From Alphaproteobacteria bacterium (lineage in GTDB: Bacteria > Pseudomonadota > Alphaproteobacteria > Bin95), in NCBI GenBank assembly GCA_963665325.3, contig OZ224045.1, forward strand, positions 1,696,001 through 1,760,000: a stretch of 64,000 nt of DNA, in the 5' to 3' direction. Both the position numbers and the translations under genes were made by a program. Each line of letters opens with the position of its first letter. Position 1 is the stretch's first letter. This document shows positions 37,696 to 48,345 of this stretch, in pieces. The notes under the pieces were generated by a model. That model ran no database searches. It worked only from the letters and a program-made list of their open reading frames with translations, and was not told where the DNA came from.

Positions 37696-39252
37696 GTGAT
37701 CCTCTATCGAAACCGTTGGACGGCCGGCATCGCCGCGCTCGCCCTGTTTGCAGCGGCCGCGTTGACGGCCTGCGGCGGAGGCGGGGGCGGCGGCAGCGCT
37801 CCGGTCCAGACGTCCTCCGGCGGCATGACGGAGATGCCGAACCCCACCACCGCCCTGTTCACCGCGGCGCAGGATGCGGAAACCGCTGCCACCACCGCCG
37901 CCGGGACGGCGACGGACGCCGTCTCGGACGCCATTGCCTATTCCGGCAGGCTCGGGATCGTCGAGGTCGAGGGCGACTCCGGGACGGCGATGGAGAATGC
38001 CCGGAAGGTCCTGCAGGCCCGGGACGATGCCGCGCAGGCGGTCACGGATATCGAGATGGTGCTGAAGGACGTTCGGGACGCCCTGATGGAAGCGAACGAT
38101 CTCGACGCGAACACCCCGGAGAGGCAGAACCTCATCGACGCGCTCGAAGACGCGATCGTGCTTGTGGAGATGCAGCTCACGACCGCGAAGGAGGCCCGCG
38201 ACGACATCGACCTCGAAAATGCCGTCGCGGCCGTCGCCGGCATGGACCCGAACAACCCCAGGACGCCGGAGGACGTAGCGGAGGAGGTCGCGAACGCCAT
38301 CGACGCGGCCATAGACGAGGTCGCAAGCATCCGTGACGGCAGTCACCCCATCCTTGCGGAAGCGGGAGTCGACCAGGTGCTGGCGGCGATTGAGCACCGG
38401 CGGGGCCATAGCTGGGCGGAGATTGTCGGCCGGGCCAATCTGGTGTCGGAGCGGGTCGGCGCGAGCAATGCGCGGGTGCAGCTGGCCCCGATCGCCGGGC
38501 TCGCCGCAAGCGATGTCCACGCCGTGGACCTGCGCGACCCCGGAACCTACACCGACGGGCAGGAAATCGCCGGCAGCAGCCATGACGGGATTCCGGGCTC
38601 GGCCTTCTGCCTGGGCGACGACTGCGCGGTGGAGAGCGGCCTGCTCGTCGGAAGCTGGTATTTCACCCCGGACCATGCCGGGGAGACCTATGTCAAGCCG
38701 GCGGGCGCGGCGGACTATGTCGAGGAAACCCTGTATGCCCGCTTCGGCTACTGGCTCGAGGTGGACACCGGGACCGGCGCCGTCATCGTCCACACCTTTG
38801 CCGCCAAGGGCGATCCATCGACCCTCAGCCAGGCCGGAAACGGCGTGACCGATGCGAGCCAGACCCTGGAGGGCATGGCGGACTATTCCGGCACGGCGAT
38901 TGGCATCTCCGTCTTCGAGACCCACATCGGCGGCAGGCTGGAGAGCACCTCGTCCGGCCCCTTCACCGCCACTGTCGAGCTGACGGCGACATTCGGCAAC
39001 AACCCGACGGTCGGGGGCGAGATCGACAAGTTCCGGGGAAGCGCGGTCGATCCGCTCTGGACCGTCACGCTCGTGGACAAGCCGCTGAACCAGGCCCAGG
39101 CCGGCAACACGGAAGGCGGCGCCGCCGCGGGCGCCTGGACCACCGGGACCTACGGCGAGACCGCCCAGCGCCCGGCAGGCATATTCGGGCGCTTCAACGC
39201 CCACATGTCGAACGGCCACGCCGCCGGCGCCTTCGCCACCCGGAAGAAGTAG
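37696..39252 (+). CDS. Surface lipoprotein with C-terminal TbpB/HupA-like beta-barrel
   Basis: Lipobox LTAC then poly-G linker, helical Ala/Asp/Glu-rich region, YSGTAIG...FTATVELTATF...GRFNAHMSNGHAAGAFATRK; AGGAG before GTG 37696. Confidence 0.75.
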   Translation: MILYRNRWTAGIAALALFAAAALTACGGGGGGGSAPVQTSSGGMTEMPNPTTALFTAAQDAETAATTAAGTATDAVSDAIAYSGRLGIVEVEGDSGTAMENARKVLQARDDAAQAVTDIEMVLKDVRDALMEANDLDANTPERQNLIDALEDAIVLVEMQLTTAKEARDDIDLENAVAAVAGMDPNNPRTPEDVAEEVANAIDAAIDEVASIRDGSHPILAEAGVDQVLAAIEHRRGHSWAEIVGRANLVSERVGASNARVQLAPIAGLAASDVHAVDLRDPGTYTDGQEIAGSSHDGIPGSAFCLGDDCAVESGLLVGSWYFTPDHAGETYVKPAGAADYVEETLYARFGYWLEVDTGTGAVIVHTFAAKGDPSTLSQAGNGVTDASQTLEGMADYSGTAIGISVFETHIGGRLESTSSGPFTATVELTATFGNNPTVGGEIDKFRGSAVDPLWTVTLVDKPLNQAQAGNTEGGAAAGAWTTGTYGETAQRPAGIFGRFNAHMSNGHAAGAFATRKK

Positions 39253-39270
39253 GGACTTAGGCGATCGGTT

Positions 39271-39307
39271 GACGCAAGCGGATGCCTACTTGTGTATCCG
39301 CTTCGTC
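39271..39307 (+). terminator. Stem-loop downstream of the lipoprotein gene
   Basis: GACG-AAGCGGAT...ATCCGCTT-CGTC inverted repeat; no clear U-tract. Confidence 0.4.
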
Positions 39308-39409
39308 CCGCGATGATGTGCCTATGGTCGAAAGCGTGCGTAATTCGGCGTGGCAGGCACCGCATGCCCGGCAATGCAGGGAGCTTGAGGCTCGAGACAT
39401 TTCCGGACA

Positions 39410-39745
39410 GAAAGAGCCGCGTAAGTTCGACGGCATCTTTGTGCTGCGCACCAACGCCGGCATGACGCCGCTCAATACCGTGCTCCGGGACAGGTAGCTG
39501 CTCACGGTCGAGGACCTGTTCCGCCGTGCGAAGGCCCAGATGCGCACCCGGCCGATCTATCACCCCTGCGATGCGGCGATCCGCGGCCACGTCTTCTGCT
39601 CCTTCCTCGCCCTCGTCCTCCAGAAGGAACTGGCCGACCGTTGCCGCGCTGCCGGCGTCATCGTCGAATGGGACGACCTGATCCGCGATCTCGACCGTCT
39701 GCAATAGGCCGCCATCGAGAAGGACGGCAAGCGCGTCACCACCCG
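39410..39745 (+). pseudogene. IS1634-family transposase C-terminal remnant
   Basis: KFDGIFVLRTN...*LLTVEDLFRRAK...RPIYH...IRGHVFCSFLALVLQKEL...DLDRLQ* with two in-frame stops. Confidence 0.85.
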
Positions 39746-40600
39746 CTCCCACCCTGCTGTTGCCCCGCCCGCCGCTTCTCCAGTGCCAGAATCAGGGCCT
39801 GGGCGAACATCATGCGGGCGGCCCAAGGTTCGAACTTGCTTTCGGGAGAGGCGGGTATCGCCATGAAGAGGCTGGAAACGCCGGCAAGGGGGTGGTCGAT
39901 CCTGTGCGCGAAGGCGAGTACCGGGACCTTTCGCGCCTGTGCCGCCGCCGCGACCCGAACAGCCGAATCATCATCGTCCGAAAAACAGATGGTCAGCAGC
40001 AGGTCGTCAGCGCCCAGGGCCGAGACGGTCCGCAGTGCCGAATCTGCGGGCGAGACGATCCGGTGGCAGCGGCGACCGAGCTGGGTCAGGCCGTCGAACA
40101 GGCCGGCGGCGACCCAGGAAGCCGGGCGGTATCCGACGACATGGATGGATCTGGCGCCGTCCAGCATTTCGACCGCCCGGTGCAGGGAGGCCGCATCGAC
40201 ATTTCGCTTCAACTCTTCGATAGCGAGGATCGATGAGTCCGCGATCTCGTTCAACATCGCGCCGCACTCCTGTGCGGCTCCCGGCTCGGCCGTTCCGGAC
40301 ACATTAGCGCTGCTGGGATCGAGCCCGGCTCGGACTTGCACTTAAGCTCAGAAGGGAGAGCAGTCGTTCCCGGACCAAAAAAGAACGATATGTCGGGGGA
40401 GGAGCGCCCCGAACTATGCCGAATCGACAGAAGGCCGCTGGCAGATGCGTCCGGCAACCGGGAAAGCAGGCACGAGCTCGCAACAAATCGAAATGCCGGG
40501 GATGAGGCGAACGGGATTGGTGTTTCGTTTCCAATCCGGCGACCGCAGCCCGATGAAGCGGATCGACACGGCGCAGCGCGATTCCGGTCCGCCACGGTCC
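39736..40600 (-). pseudogene. RpiR-family regulator, SIS domain intact, HTH degenerate or frameshifted
   Basis: ORF 39736-40341 resembles the SIS part of 40842-41711; upstream frame retains decayed LHRA...SPH...CRFG similarity. Confidence 0.6.
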
Positions 40601-40841
40601 GGCAAAGCCGGTAGGAGGTTGACATAACTGGAGTTTCCGTCGGGTCTTCCGTGTTCCGTACTGTGAGACACCGAGTCTTCCTTTCGACGTTATTGAACAC
40701 CATAATCGAAAAAATATTCCAATATCAATCACAAATAAGAATATTGAATCTTTTCCTCTTGGCTCAGGCCGTAGAAAATTGTTTCATCTTGTGCCATCAA
40801 GCCGCTGTAGGGCTCCGGGCAATGTTGCGTTGGAGAAGAGT

Positions 40842-41711
40842 ATGGCGAGTACAGAGCTGCCGTGGGACTATCCTCGGCTGCACAGAGCCTTCTTGGATCG
40901 GTTTGAGACGCTCAGCCCGCACCTGAAGCGGATTGCCCGCTATGCCCTGTCGGATCCCAGCCGGTTTGCGTTGCAAACCGTGGCGGAGATTTCGCGAGGC
41001 TGCAGCGTACAGCCTTCCACCGTCGTCCGGTTCGCCAAGACGTTCGGCTATTCGGGCTTCTCCGACATGCAGAATGTCTTCCGTTTGCGCCTGATCGAAG
41101 GTTCCGAGTCCTATCGGGAGCAGGTTCACGAGCATCGCGGCAGGCTCGAAACTGTCACCGGTGACGACCCGGCGGCAATCCTGGGCGAATTCGCGAGCGC
41201 TTCCGTCCTGGCGGTCGAGCGCTTGAAGGAAACCCTCGACGCGGACATGTTGCAGGAGGCGGCCGCAATGATGAACGCGGCGACTGCCATTTATGTCGTC
41301 GGGCAGCAGCGCGCGCTTCCGGTCACGTCTTGTCTGGCATATTGGCTGATCGAGTCCGAATGCCGATGCCATATGCTGGACCCGGCCGTCGGCCTCCTGA
41401 CCCGCCAGATCGGAACGATTGCCACCGACGAACTGTTGGTCGTAATCGGTCTCGACGAGTCGCCCGATGAGGTTCTGGACGCAGTCTCCGAGGCGCATGA
41501 CCGCGGAGTCCCCGTGCTCGCCATCACCGATTCCGAGGTGAATCGGCTTGCTCGCGACTCCACGCTCTGTTTTGTGCTGCGCGACGCCGACGTGCACCGA
41601 ATTGCCCCCCTGGCTCCCCATATCGTCCTTGTTCAGTCCCTGGTTATTGCGCTCGATGCCCTGCGATACGGGCAGCGGTCGGGTGTCGTGCAGCGAGAGG
41701 CGGTTGGATGA
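40842..41711 (+). CDS. MurR/RpiR family transcriptional regulator (IolR-like)
   Basis: LSPHLKRIARY...VQPSTVVRFAKTFGYSGFSDMQ HTH; SIS domain VLAITDS. Confidence 0.92.
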   Translation: MASTELPWDYPRLHRAFLDRFETLSPHLKRIARYALSDPSRFALQTVAEISRGCSVQPSTVVRFAKTFGYSGFSDMQNVFRLRLIEGSESYREQVHEHRGRLETVTGDDPAAILGEFASASVLAVERLKETLDADMLQEAAAMMNAATAIYVVGQQRALPVTSCLAYWLIESECRCHMLDPAVGLLTRQIGTIATDELLVVIGLDESPDEVLDAVSEAHDRGVPVLAITDSEVNRLARDSTLCFVLRDADVHRIAPLAPHIVLVQSLVIALDALRYGQRSGVVQREAVG

Positions 41712-41937
41712 TCTCGTAGCTGCGGGCGTCTTTGCTTTCCCGGCCGATGCATTTGCCGATGCATCCTTCCTCGCAGTTGGGTCCGACGATACGAACGGCG
41801 CAGGGCGCGCGCATTCGACCAAGTTCGCGTACCGTCCTGTAACGGGAAGTCAAAATGCTTTTTTTGAGAAATTGGATGCAAGAAAAGCATAGCTGTTGCC
41901 AGGCCGGGTCATTATCCGCCCCATTTCCTATCTTCGT

Positions 41938-42897
41938 CTATAGGCCGGTGCCGTAGTAGTCCCGGTACCAGGCGGCGAAGCGGGGCAGCCCCTCGTCGAT
42001 CGCGATCCGGGGGGCGTAGCCGAAGTGCCGTTCCGCTTCCCCGATGTCGGCGCAGGTTTCGAGCACGTCTCCCGGCTGCATCGGCTGGAGGTCGAGGCGC
42101 GCCCGCGTGCCGAGGGCCGATTCGAGCGTGCGTATGAACCGCATCAGGGGCTCGGCGCGGCCGTTGCCGATATTGTAGATCCGGTGGCCGTCCCCGGTCC
42201 GGTCGAGCGCGCCGAGTGTGCCGGCGACCGCATCCTCGACGAAAGTGAAATCCCGGGAGAGCCGGCCTTCGTTGAAGACCCGGATCGGATCGCCGGCGAG
42301 CATTGCCCGCGCAAACAGGGTCGGCGCCATGTCGGGCCGGCCCCAGGGTCCGTAAACCGTGAAATAGCGGAGCCCCGTCGCACGAAAGCCGTAGAGATGC
42401 GCATAGCACTCCGTCATCAGCTCGTCGCTTCGCTTGGTGGCCGCGTATAGCGACCGCGGCCGGTCGGCCGTCGCATCGACGGCGAGCGGACCGGAGCCGG
42501 CGTCTCCATAGACCGAGGACGAGCTCGCATAGACGAAATGCGAGACTTCCCGCCGCCGCGCCAGTTCCAGCAGGTTCAGATGGCCTGAGATGTTGGCCCG
42601 GATATAGGCGCGCGGATTTTCCAGCGAATAGCGTACGCCGGCCTGGGCGGCGAGGTGCAGGATCCGGTCCACACCTTCGAGCGGCAGCCGGTCCATCGCC
42701 TCGTCGTCGGCGATGTCGGCGCGCGTGAAGGTGAAACCGGACAGGCCGTTCAGGCGGGCCAGCCGGGCGCGCTTCAGCACCGGATCGTAATAGCCGTCGA
42801 GATTGTCGACCCCGATCACGGCTTCGCCGCGGGCAAGCAGGGCGGCGGCGGTGTGCATGCCGATGAAGCCGGCGACGCCGGTGACGAGAATGCTCAT
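41938..42897 (-). CDS. NAD-dependent epimerase (UDP-glucuronate 4-epimerase-like)
   Basis: TGVAGFIG, HLAAQAGVRYSLENP, YAATK, FTVYGPWGRPDMA. Confidence 0.93.
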   Translation of the reverse strand: MSILVTGVAGFIGMHTAAALLARGEAVIGVDNLDGYYDPVLKRARLARLNGLSGFTFTRADIADDEAMDRLPLEGVDRILHLAAQAGVRYSLENPRAYIRANISGHLNLLELARRREVSHFVYASSSSVYGDAGSGPLAVDATADRPRSLYAATKRSDELMTECYAHLYGFRATGLRYFTVYGPWGRPDMAPTLFARAMLAGDPIRVFNEGRLSRDFTFVEDAVAGTLGALDRTGDGHRIYNIGNGRAEPLMRFIRTLESALGTRARLDLQPMQPGDVLETCADIGEAERHFGYAPRIAIDEGLPRFAAWYRDYYGTGL

Positions 42898-43040
42898 GGA
42901 TGGGCGGTTCGCGTTGCGGAGGCCCTGTCACCATAGTCGAGGCGGTCGGGCGTTCAATCTCGGAGGCGCGCGCTAGCCTCGACCCGGCCCTGCGGGGGCG
43001 CTATACCCCGGCGCTTGCTCGTCCGGCCCGGAGGGCCACC

Positions 43041-44627
43041 ATGAACGACAACCGCCTCTACCTTTTCGACACGACGCTTCGCGACGGCGCCCAGACCCAG
43101 GGCGTCGACTTCAATATCGCGGACAAGGCCGCCATCGCGCGCGACCTCGACGCGCTCGGTATCGACTATGTCGAGGGCGGTTGGCCCGGCGCCAATCCGA
43201 CGGACGACGGCTTCTTCGCGGACCCGCCGGCGCTCTCCCGCGCCCGCCTGACGGCTTTCGGCATGACGCGCCGGGCCGGCCGGTCGGCGGCCAACGACCC
43301 CGGTCTCGCAGTTACGCTGCGCTCCTGCGTCGATACGATCTGCCTGGTCGGCAAGTCGGACGCGCGGCATGCGGAGCAGGCCCTCGGTGTTTCGCTCGAC
43401 GAAAACCTGGCGATGATCCGCGATTCCATCGCCGAAATCGTCCGGCGCAACAAGGAGGCCCTGTTCGACGCGGAGCATTTCTTCGACGGCTACAAGGCCA
43501 ATCCCGACTATGCGCTCAAGGTGCTGGAGACGGCGCTGGATGCGGGCGCGCGTTGGGTCGTCCTCTGCGATACCAATGGCGGCACGCTCCCCCACGAAGT
43601 CGAGGATGCGGTCGCCACCGCGGCGCAGGTCGTACCGGGCGCCCGGCTCGGCATCCATACGCACAACGACACCGGCAATGCCGTCGCCAACACGCTGGCG
43701 GCGGTGCGAGCCGGCGCGCGTCAGGTGCAAGGGACGCTGAACGGCCTTGGCGAGCGTTGCGGCAATGCCGACCTCGTGGCCCTGCTACCCACGCTCACCC
43801 TCAAGATGGGCTTCGAGACCGGGGTTCCGGCGGACGGGCTGGTTCGTCTCACACAGGTCTCAAGGGCGTTCGACGAACGGCTCAACCGTCCTTCGAACCG
43901 CCACGCTCCCTATGTCGGCGTTTCGGCATTCGCGCACAAGGCGGGCCTGCACGTCTCGGCGGTGGAGAAGGACCCGGGCTTCTACGAGCACATTGCGCCG
44001 GAGGCGGTTGGCAACAAACGCCAGATCCTAGTTTCGGACCAGTCGGGCCGCGCGAACATCCTCGCGCGGTTCCGGGAGATCGGGCTCGATGTGGATCGGG
44101 ACGACCCGCGCGTCGCTCGCCTTGTCGATCTGGTGAAGGAGCGAGAGTTCCAGGGCTATGCGTATGACGGCGCGGTGGCGAGTTTCGAGCTGCTGGCGCG
44201 CCGGATGCTCCAGACCGTGCCGGACTACTGGTCGCTCGACAGCTTTCGCGTCACCGACGAGCGGCGCTTCAACGCGAGGCGCGAGCTGGTGACCATGTCG
44301 GAGGCGGTGGTGAAGCTCTCCGTCGACGGACGCCGGTCCATGCAGGTGGCGGAAGGCAACGGGCCGGTGAACGCGCTCGACGCTGCGCTCCGCCTTGCGC
44401 TGTTGCCGGATTATGCCTGCCTCGAAGGCGTGCGGCTGACAGACTACCGGGTGCGTATCCTCACGCCGGGCGACGGCACGGCGGCCGTCACGCGGGTGCT
44501 CATCGAGAGCACCGACGAAACCGGCGCCCGCTGGACGACCGTCGGCGTTTCCGGGAACATCATCAATGCGTCCTACGAGGCGCTGAACGACAGCCTGACC
44601 TACAAGCTGCTCAACGCGGAACCGTGA
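43041..44627 (+). CDS. cimA: Citramalate synthase
   Basis: DTTLRDGAQ, EGGWPGANP, DAEHFFDGYK, HKAGLH, AEGNGPVNALD. Confidence 0.93.
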   Translation: MNDNRLYLFDTTLRDGAQTQGVDFNIADKAAIARDLDALGIDYVEGGWPGANPTDDGFFADPPALSRARLTAFGMTRRAGRSAANDPGLAVTLRSCVDTICLVGKSDARHAEQALGVSLDENLAMIRDSIAEIVRRNKEALFDAEHFFDGYKANPDYALKVLETALDAGARWVVLCDTNGGTLPHEVEDAVATAAQVVPGARLGIHTHNDTGNAVANTLAAVRAGARQVQGTLNGLGERCGNADLVALLPTLTLKMGFETGVPADGLVRLTQVSRAFDERLNRPSNRHAPYVGVSAFAHKAGLHVSAVEKDPGFYEHIAPEAVGNKRQILVSDQSGRANILARFREIGLDVDRDDPRVARLVDLVKEREFQGYAYDGAVASFELLARRMLQTVPDYWSLDSFRVTDERRFNARRELVTMSEAVVKLSVDGRRSMQVAEGNGPVNALDAALRLALLPDYACLEGVRLTDYRVRILTPGDGTAAVTRVLIESTDETGARWTTVGVSGNIINASYEALNDSLTYKLLNAEP

Positions 44628-45340
44628 GCCGCCCGCCCGCCATCGTGCTGGTGCGCCCGCAACTCGGCGAGAATATCGGCATGGCGGCGCGCGCCATGGC
44701 GAATTGCGGCCTGGACGAACTCCGGATCGTGGCCCCGCGCGACGGATGGCCGAACCCGGCGGCCCGCGCGGCGGCAGCCGGAGGCGATGCCGTGATCGAC
44801 AGCGCGCGCGTCTTCGACACCGCGGCGGAAGCGGCTGCCGACCTGCAACTCGTGCTGGCGACGACGGCGCGGCGGCGCGACGTCGAGAAGCCCGTCCACG
44901 GCCCCCGCGAGGCGGCCCGGCTTTTGCGGGATTCGGGCGCGCGGACGGGCGTGATGTTCGGGCCGGAGCGCAGCGGCCTCGACAATGACGAGGTGGGCCT
45001 CGCGGCTGCCGTCGTCGAGGCGCCGCTCAACCCGGACTTCCCCTCGCTCAATCTCGCCCAGGCGGTGCTCCTGATGGCCTGGGAGTGGCGCATGGCCGGC
45101 CCGCCATCTGAAGCGCCGGTCCCGAGCGAGCTTGCCGCGGCCGAAGCCTTCGAGGGCTTCTGGCGCCATCTGGACGGCGCGCTTGACGCCGCCGGCTACT
45201 ATCGCGAACCGAAGCTCAAGCCCACCGTCCAGCGCAACCTGCGCGCCATCTTCGCCCGCGCCGGCCTCACCGACCAGGAAGTCCGCACCCTCCGCGGCGT
45301 CGTCGCGCGGCTGGTTTCGGGAAGTCGAAACAAGGACTAG
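44624..45340 (+). CDS. trmJ: tRNA (Cm32/Um32) methyltransferase, SPOUT family
   Basis: PQLGENIGMAARAMAN, FGPERSGL, SLNLAQAV. Confidence 0.9.
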   Translation: MSRPPAIVLVRPQLGENIGMAARAMANCGLDELRIVAPRDGWPNPAARAAAAGGDAVIDSARVFDTAAEAAADLQLVLATTARRRDVEKPVHGPREAARLLRDSGARTGVMFGPERSGLDNDEVGLAAAVVEAPLNPDFPSLNLAQAVLLMAWEWRMAGPPSEAPVPSELAAAEAFEGFWRHLDGALDAAGYYREPKLKPTVQRNLRAIFARAGLTDQEVRTLRGVVARLVSGSRNKD

Positions 45341-45353
45341 CGGCTTCCTCCCC

Positions 45354-46268
45354 TCATTCCAGCCCCATGAGGCTGCGGGCGAAATCGCGGGGGTCGAACG
45401 GATGGAGGTCGTCTTCGCCTTCGCCGACGCCGACCGCGTGGACCGGAAGGCCGATGTTCTCTGCCAGCGCCACCACCACGCCGCCTCTGGCCGAGCCGTC
45501 GAGCTTGGTCACCACCAGCCCGGTCACCTCCGCCATGTCGCGAAAGGCCCGGACCTGGCTCAGCGCGTTCTGGCCGGTGGTGGCGTCCAGCGTCAATACG
45601 GTGTCGTGCGGCGCGTCCGCGTCCTGCTTGGCGATTACGCGGGCGATCTTGGAGAGCTCGTCCATCAGGTTGGCCTTGTTGTGCAGCCGCCCGGCCGTGT
45701 CGATCAGCAGGATGTCGGTCCCGTCCCGGATCGCCTGTCCGTGGGCGTCGAAGACGAGACCGGCCGCATCGGCCCCGGTCGGCCGGGCCACGACCGGCGC
45801 GCCGACCCGCTCGCCCCATAGCTGCAATTGCTCCACTGCCGCCGCGCGGAAGGTGTCGCCCGCCGCCAGCAGCACGGACCGCCCCTCGGCGCGGAAGGCG
45901 TGAGCGAGCTTGCCGATCGTCGTCGTCTTGCCGGTGCCGTTGACGCCCACGACCAGGATGACATGCGGCTTGCGCGCCGGGTCGGCGAGCAGTGGGCGCG
46001 CCACCGGCTCCAGCATGCCCGCGATCTCGTCGGCCAGCACGCCGCGCACTTCCTCGCTCGACACTTCCTTGCCGAAGCGTGCGCTCGCGAGGCCGGACGC
46101 GAGCCGCGCGGCGGTGGCCGGCCCGAGGTCGGCCATGATGAGCAGGTCTTCCAGCTCTTCCAGGGCCTCATCGTCCAGCCGGCGCCGGTTGAAGATGCCC
46201 GCAATCCCGTCCGCGAGGCGGTCGGAGGATCGCGACAGCCCCTGTTTCAGGCGCTGAAGCCAGCTCAC
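45354..46268 (-). CDS. ftsY: Signal recognition particle receptor
   Basis: GVNGTGKTTT, DTFRAAA, DTAGRL, TKLDG; GTG start VSWLQRL. Confidence 0.96.
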   Translation of the reverse strand: MSWLQRLKQGLSRSSDRLADGIAGIFNRRRLDDEALEELEDLLIMADLGPATAARLASGLASARFGKEVSSEEVRGVLADEIAGMLEPVARPLLADPARKPHVILVVGVNGTGKTTTIGKLAHAFRAEGRSVLLAAGDTFRAAAVEQLQLWGERVGAPVVARPTGADAAGLVFDAHGQAIRDGTDILLIDTAGRLHNKANLMDELSKIARVIAKQDADAPHDTVLTLDATTGQNALSQVRAFRDMAEVTGLVVTKLDGSARGGVVVALAENIGLPVHAVGVGEGEDDLHPFDPRDFARSLMGLE

Positions 46269-47509
46269 GCCGCGAGCACCTCCGCGACCAGCCTTCCCGC
46301 CTCGACCCCGCGGACACGCACCTTCCGGACCGAACCCGGGTGCGCCGCCCCCTGAAGCGCGGCGGGTGCGAACTGCTCCGTTCGCCCGACGCCTTCGCGC
46401 TCGACGGCAACGCGCTCCGTGCGGCCGACCCGGCTCTCGAGGAAGCGCCCGGCCGCCGCCTCGCCGGCGGCCCTGAGCCTGCGGGCGCGTTCCTTGCGCA
46501 GGGGAGGCGCTACCTGCGGCATCCGCGCGGCCGGCGTGCCCCGGCGCGGCGAATAGGGGAAGACGTGCAGCCAGGTGAGCGAGCAGGCTTCCACCAGTTC
46601 GAGGCTGCCGGCGAACATCGTCTCGGTCTCGGTCGGGAAGCCGGCGATCAGGTCCGCCCCGAACGCTATCTCCGGCCGCAGCGCCCGAAGTTCCCGGCAC
46701 AGCGAGACGACATCGGCCGCCAGGTGGCGCCGCTTCATCCGCTTCAGCACCATGTCGTCGCCCGCCTGCACGGAAAGATGCAGATGCGGCATCAGCCGGG
46801 GCTCCTCGGCCAGCAGCCGGAAAAGTTCCTCGTCAATGGCGGCGGGATCGACGGAGGAGAGGCGCAACCGGCCCAGCTCCGGCACCTGCGCCAGCAGGCG
46901 GCGGACCATCTGTCCGAGCCGGGGCGCGCCCGGTAGATCCGCACCCCAGGACGCGATGTCGACGCCGGTCAGCACGATCTCCACGGCGCCCGCTTCGAGA
47001 AGCCGGCGGACCTGCGCCACGATTTCGCCGAGCGGCACGCTGCGGCTGGGTCCGCGCCCGTAGGGGATGATGCAGAAGGTGCAGCGGTGGTCGCAGCCCT
47101 GCTGGACCTGCACGAAGGCGCGGGCCCGGCCCTGGAACCCGTCGAGCAGGTGCGTGGCCGTCTCGCGCACGCTCATGATGTCGTTCACCAGCGCCGGCGG
47201 CGTGTCCGGCTTCCAGACGTCGGCGGTCAGCTTCTCGGCATTGCCGACGACCCGGTCCACCTCCTCCATGGCGAGCCAGCGCTCCGGCGCGACCTGCGCG
47301 GCGCAGCCGGTGACTACGATCTGTGCGCCGGGGCGTTCCCGCCGGGCCTTGCGGATTGCCTGCCGCGCCTGCCGCTCGGCCTCCGCCGTGACCGCGCAGG
47401 TGTTGAAGACCACGGCGTCCGAAAGTCCGGCTTCGGCCGTCAGCCGGCGCATGACCTCGGACTCCCAGGCGTTGAGACGGCAGCCGAAGGTGACGATCTC
47501 GGCGGTCAT
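46265..47509 (-). CDS. mtaB: tRNA t6A37 methylthiotransferase
   Basis: TFGCRLN, NTCAVT, CDHRCTFC radical SAM motif. Confidence 0.94.
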   Translation of the reverse strand: MTAEIVTFGCRLNAWESEVMRRLTAEAGLSDAVVFNTCAVTAEAERQARQAIRKARRERPGAQIVVTGCAAQVAPERWLAMEEVDRVVGNAEKLTADVWKPDTPPALVNDIMSVRETATHLLDGFQGRARAFVQVQQGCDHRCTFCIIPYGRGPSRSVPLGEIVAQVRRLLEAGAVEIVLTGVDIASWGADLPGAPRLGQMVRRLLAQVPELGRLRLSSVDPAAIDEELFRLLAEEPRLMPHLHLSVQAGDDMVLKRMKRRHLAADVVSLCRELRALRPEIAFGADLIAGFPTETETMFAGSLELVEACSLTWLHVFPYSPRRGTPAARMPQVAPPLRKERARRLRAAGEAAAGRFLESRVGRTERVAVEREGVGRTEQFAPAALQGAAHPGSVRKVRVRGVEAGRLVAEVLAA

Positions 47510-48345
47510 GGCGCCGCCTCCGGCACATGCGCCTCCAGTTCGCCCCGGAAGCTCACTTCGGCCGGCCCGGTCATCAGCAGATGGTCGTCGCTCTCGCACC
47601 ATTCGATGTCCAGCCGGCCGCCGTCGAGGCGCACCTCCATCCGCCGCTCACCGAGGCCCCGCCGGAAAGCCGCAGCGGCAGCGGCACAGGCCCCGGTGCC
47701 GCAGGCGCGGGTGATGCCGACGCCGCGCTCCCAGACGCGCAGCCGCATTGCGCCCCGTCCTTCCATCGAAGCCACGCCGACGTTGGCGCGCTCCGGGAAG
47801 GTAGGATCGTGCTCGACCCGCGGCCCCCAGCTTTCGAGGTCCACCGCCTCGGCGTCCTCCACGAAAAATGTGGCGTGCGGATTGCCGACATTCGTCGCCA
47901 CTGGCGCGGACAGCGGGCCAAAGGCCAGATCCAGGCAGAGCGTGTCCACCGGGGCGGCGAGCGGAATCTCGTCCCAGGCAAGCCGCGCCAGTCCCATATC
48001 GACCCGCACGAGCCCCGCCTCCACGCGTTCCGCCAGAAGCGTTCCCGCGACGGTCTCAACCGCAGCCTCGGCGCGCCCGCGCTCGTCGAACAGGAGCGCC
48101 GCCACGCAGCGCGTGCCGTTTCCGCAGGCCTCGACCTCGCCGCCGTCGGCATTACGAATCTCCATGAAGACATCGCCGTCGTGCACCGGCGGGCGCAGCA
48201 CCATGAATTGGTCGCAGCCGACGCCCGTGCGCCGGTCCGCCACGCGGCGGTAGCCTTCCTCCGGCCAGTCGAGCGGCCGGGCGCGCGCGTCCAGCACGAC
48301 GAAATCGTTGCCGAGTCCGTGCATCTTGACGAACGGAATGCCCAT
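47506..48345 (-). CDS. dapF: Diaminopimelate epimerase
   Basis: KMHGLGNDF, ACGNGTRC, GNPH, ERGVGITRACGTG. Confidence 0.96.
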   Translation of the reverse strand: MGIPFVKMHGLGNDFVVLDARARPLDWPEEGYRRVADRRTGVGCDQFMVLRPPVHDGDVFMEIRNADGGEVEACGNGTRCVAALLFDERGRAEAAVETVAGTLLAERVEAGLVRVDMGLARLAWDEIPLAAPVDTLCLDLAFGPLSAPVATNVGNPHATFFVEDAEAVDLESWGPRVEHDPTFPERANVGVASMEGRGAMRLRVWERGVGITRACGTGACAAAAAAFRRGLGERRMEVRLDGGRLDIEWCESDDHLLMTGPAEVSFRGELEAHVPEAAP

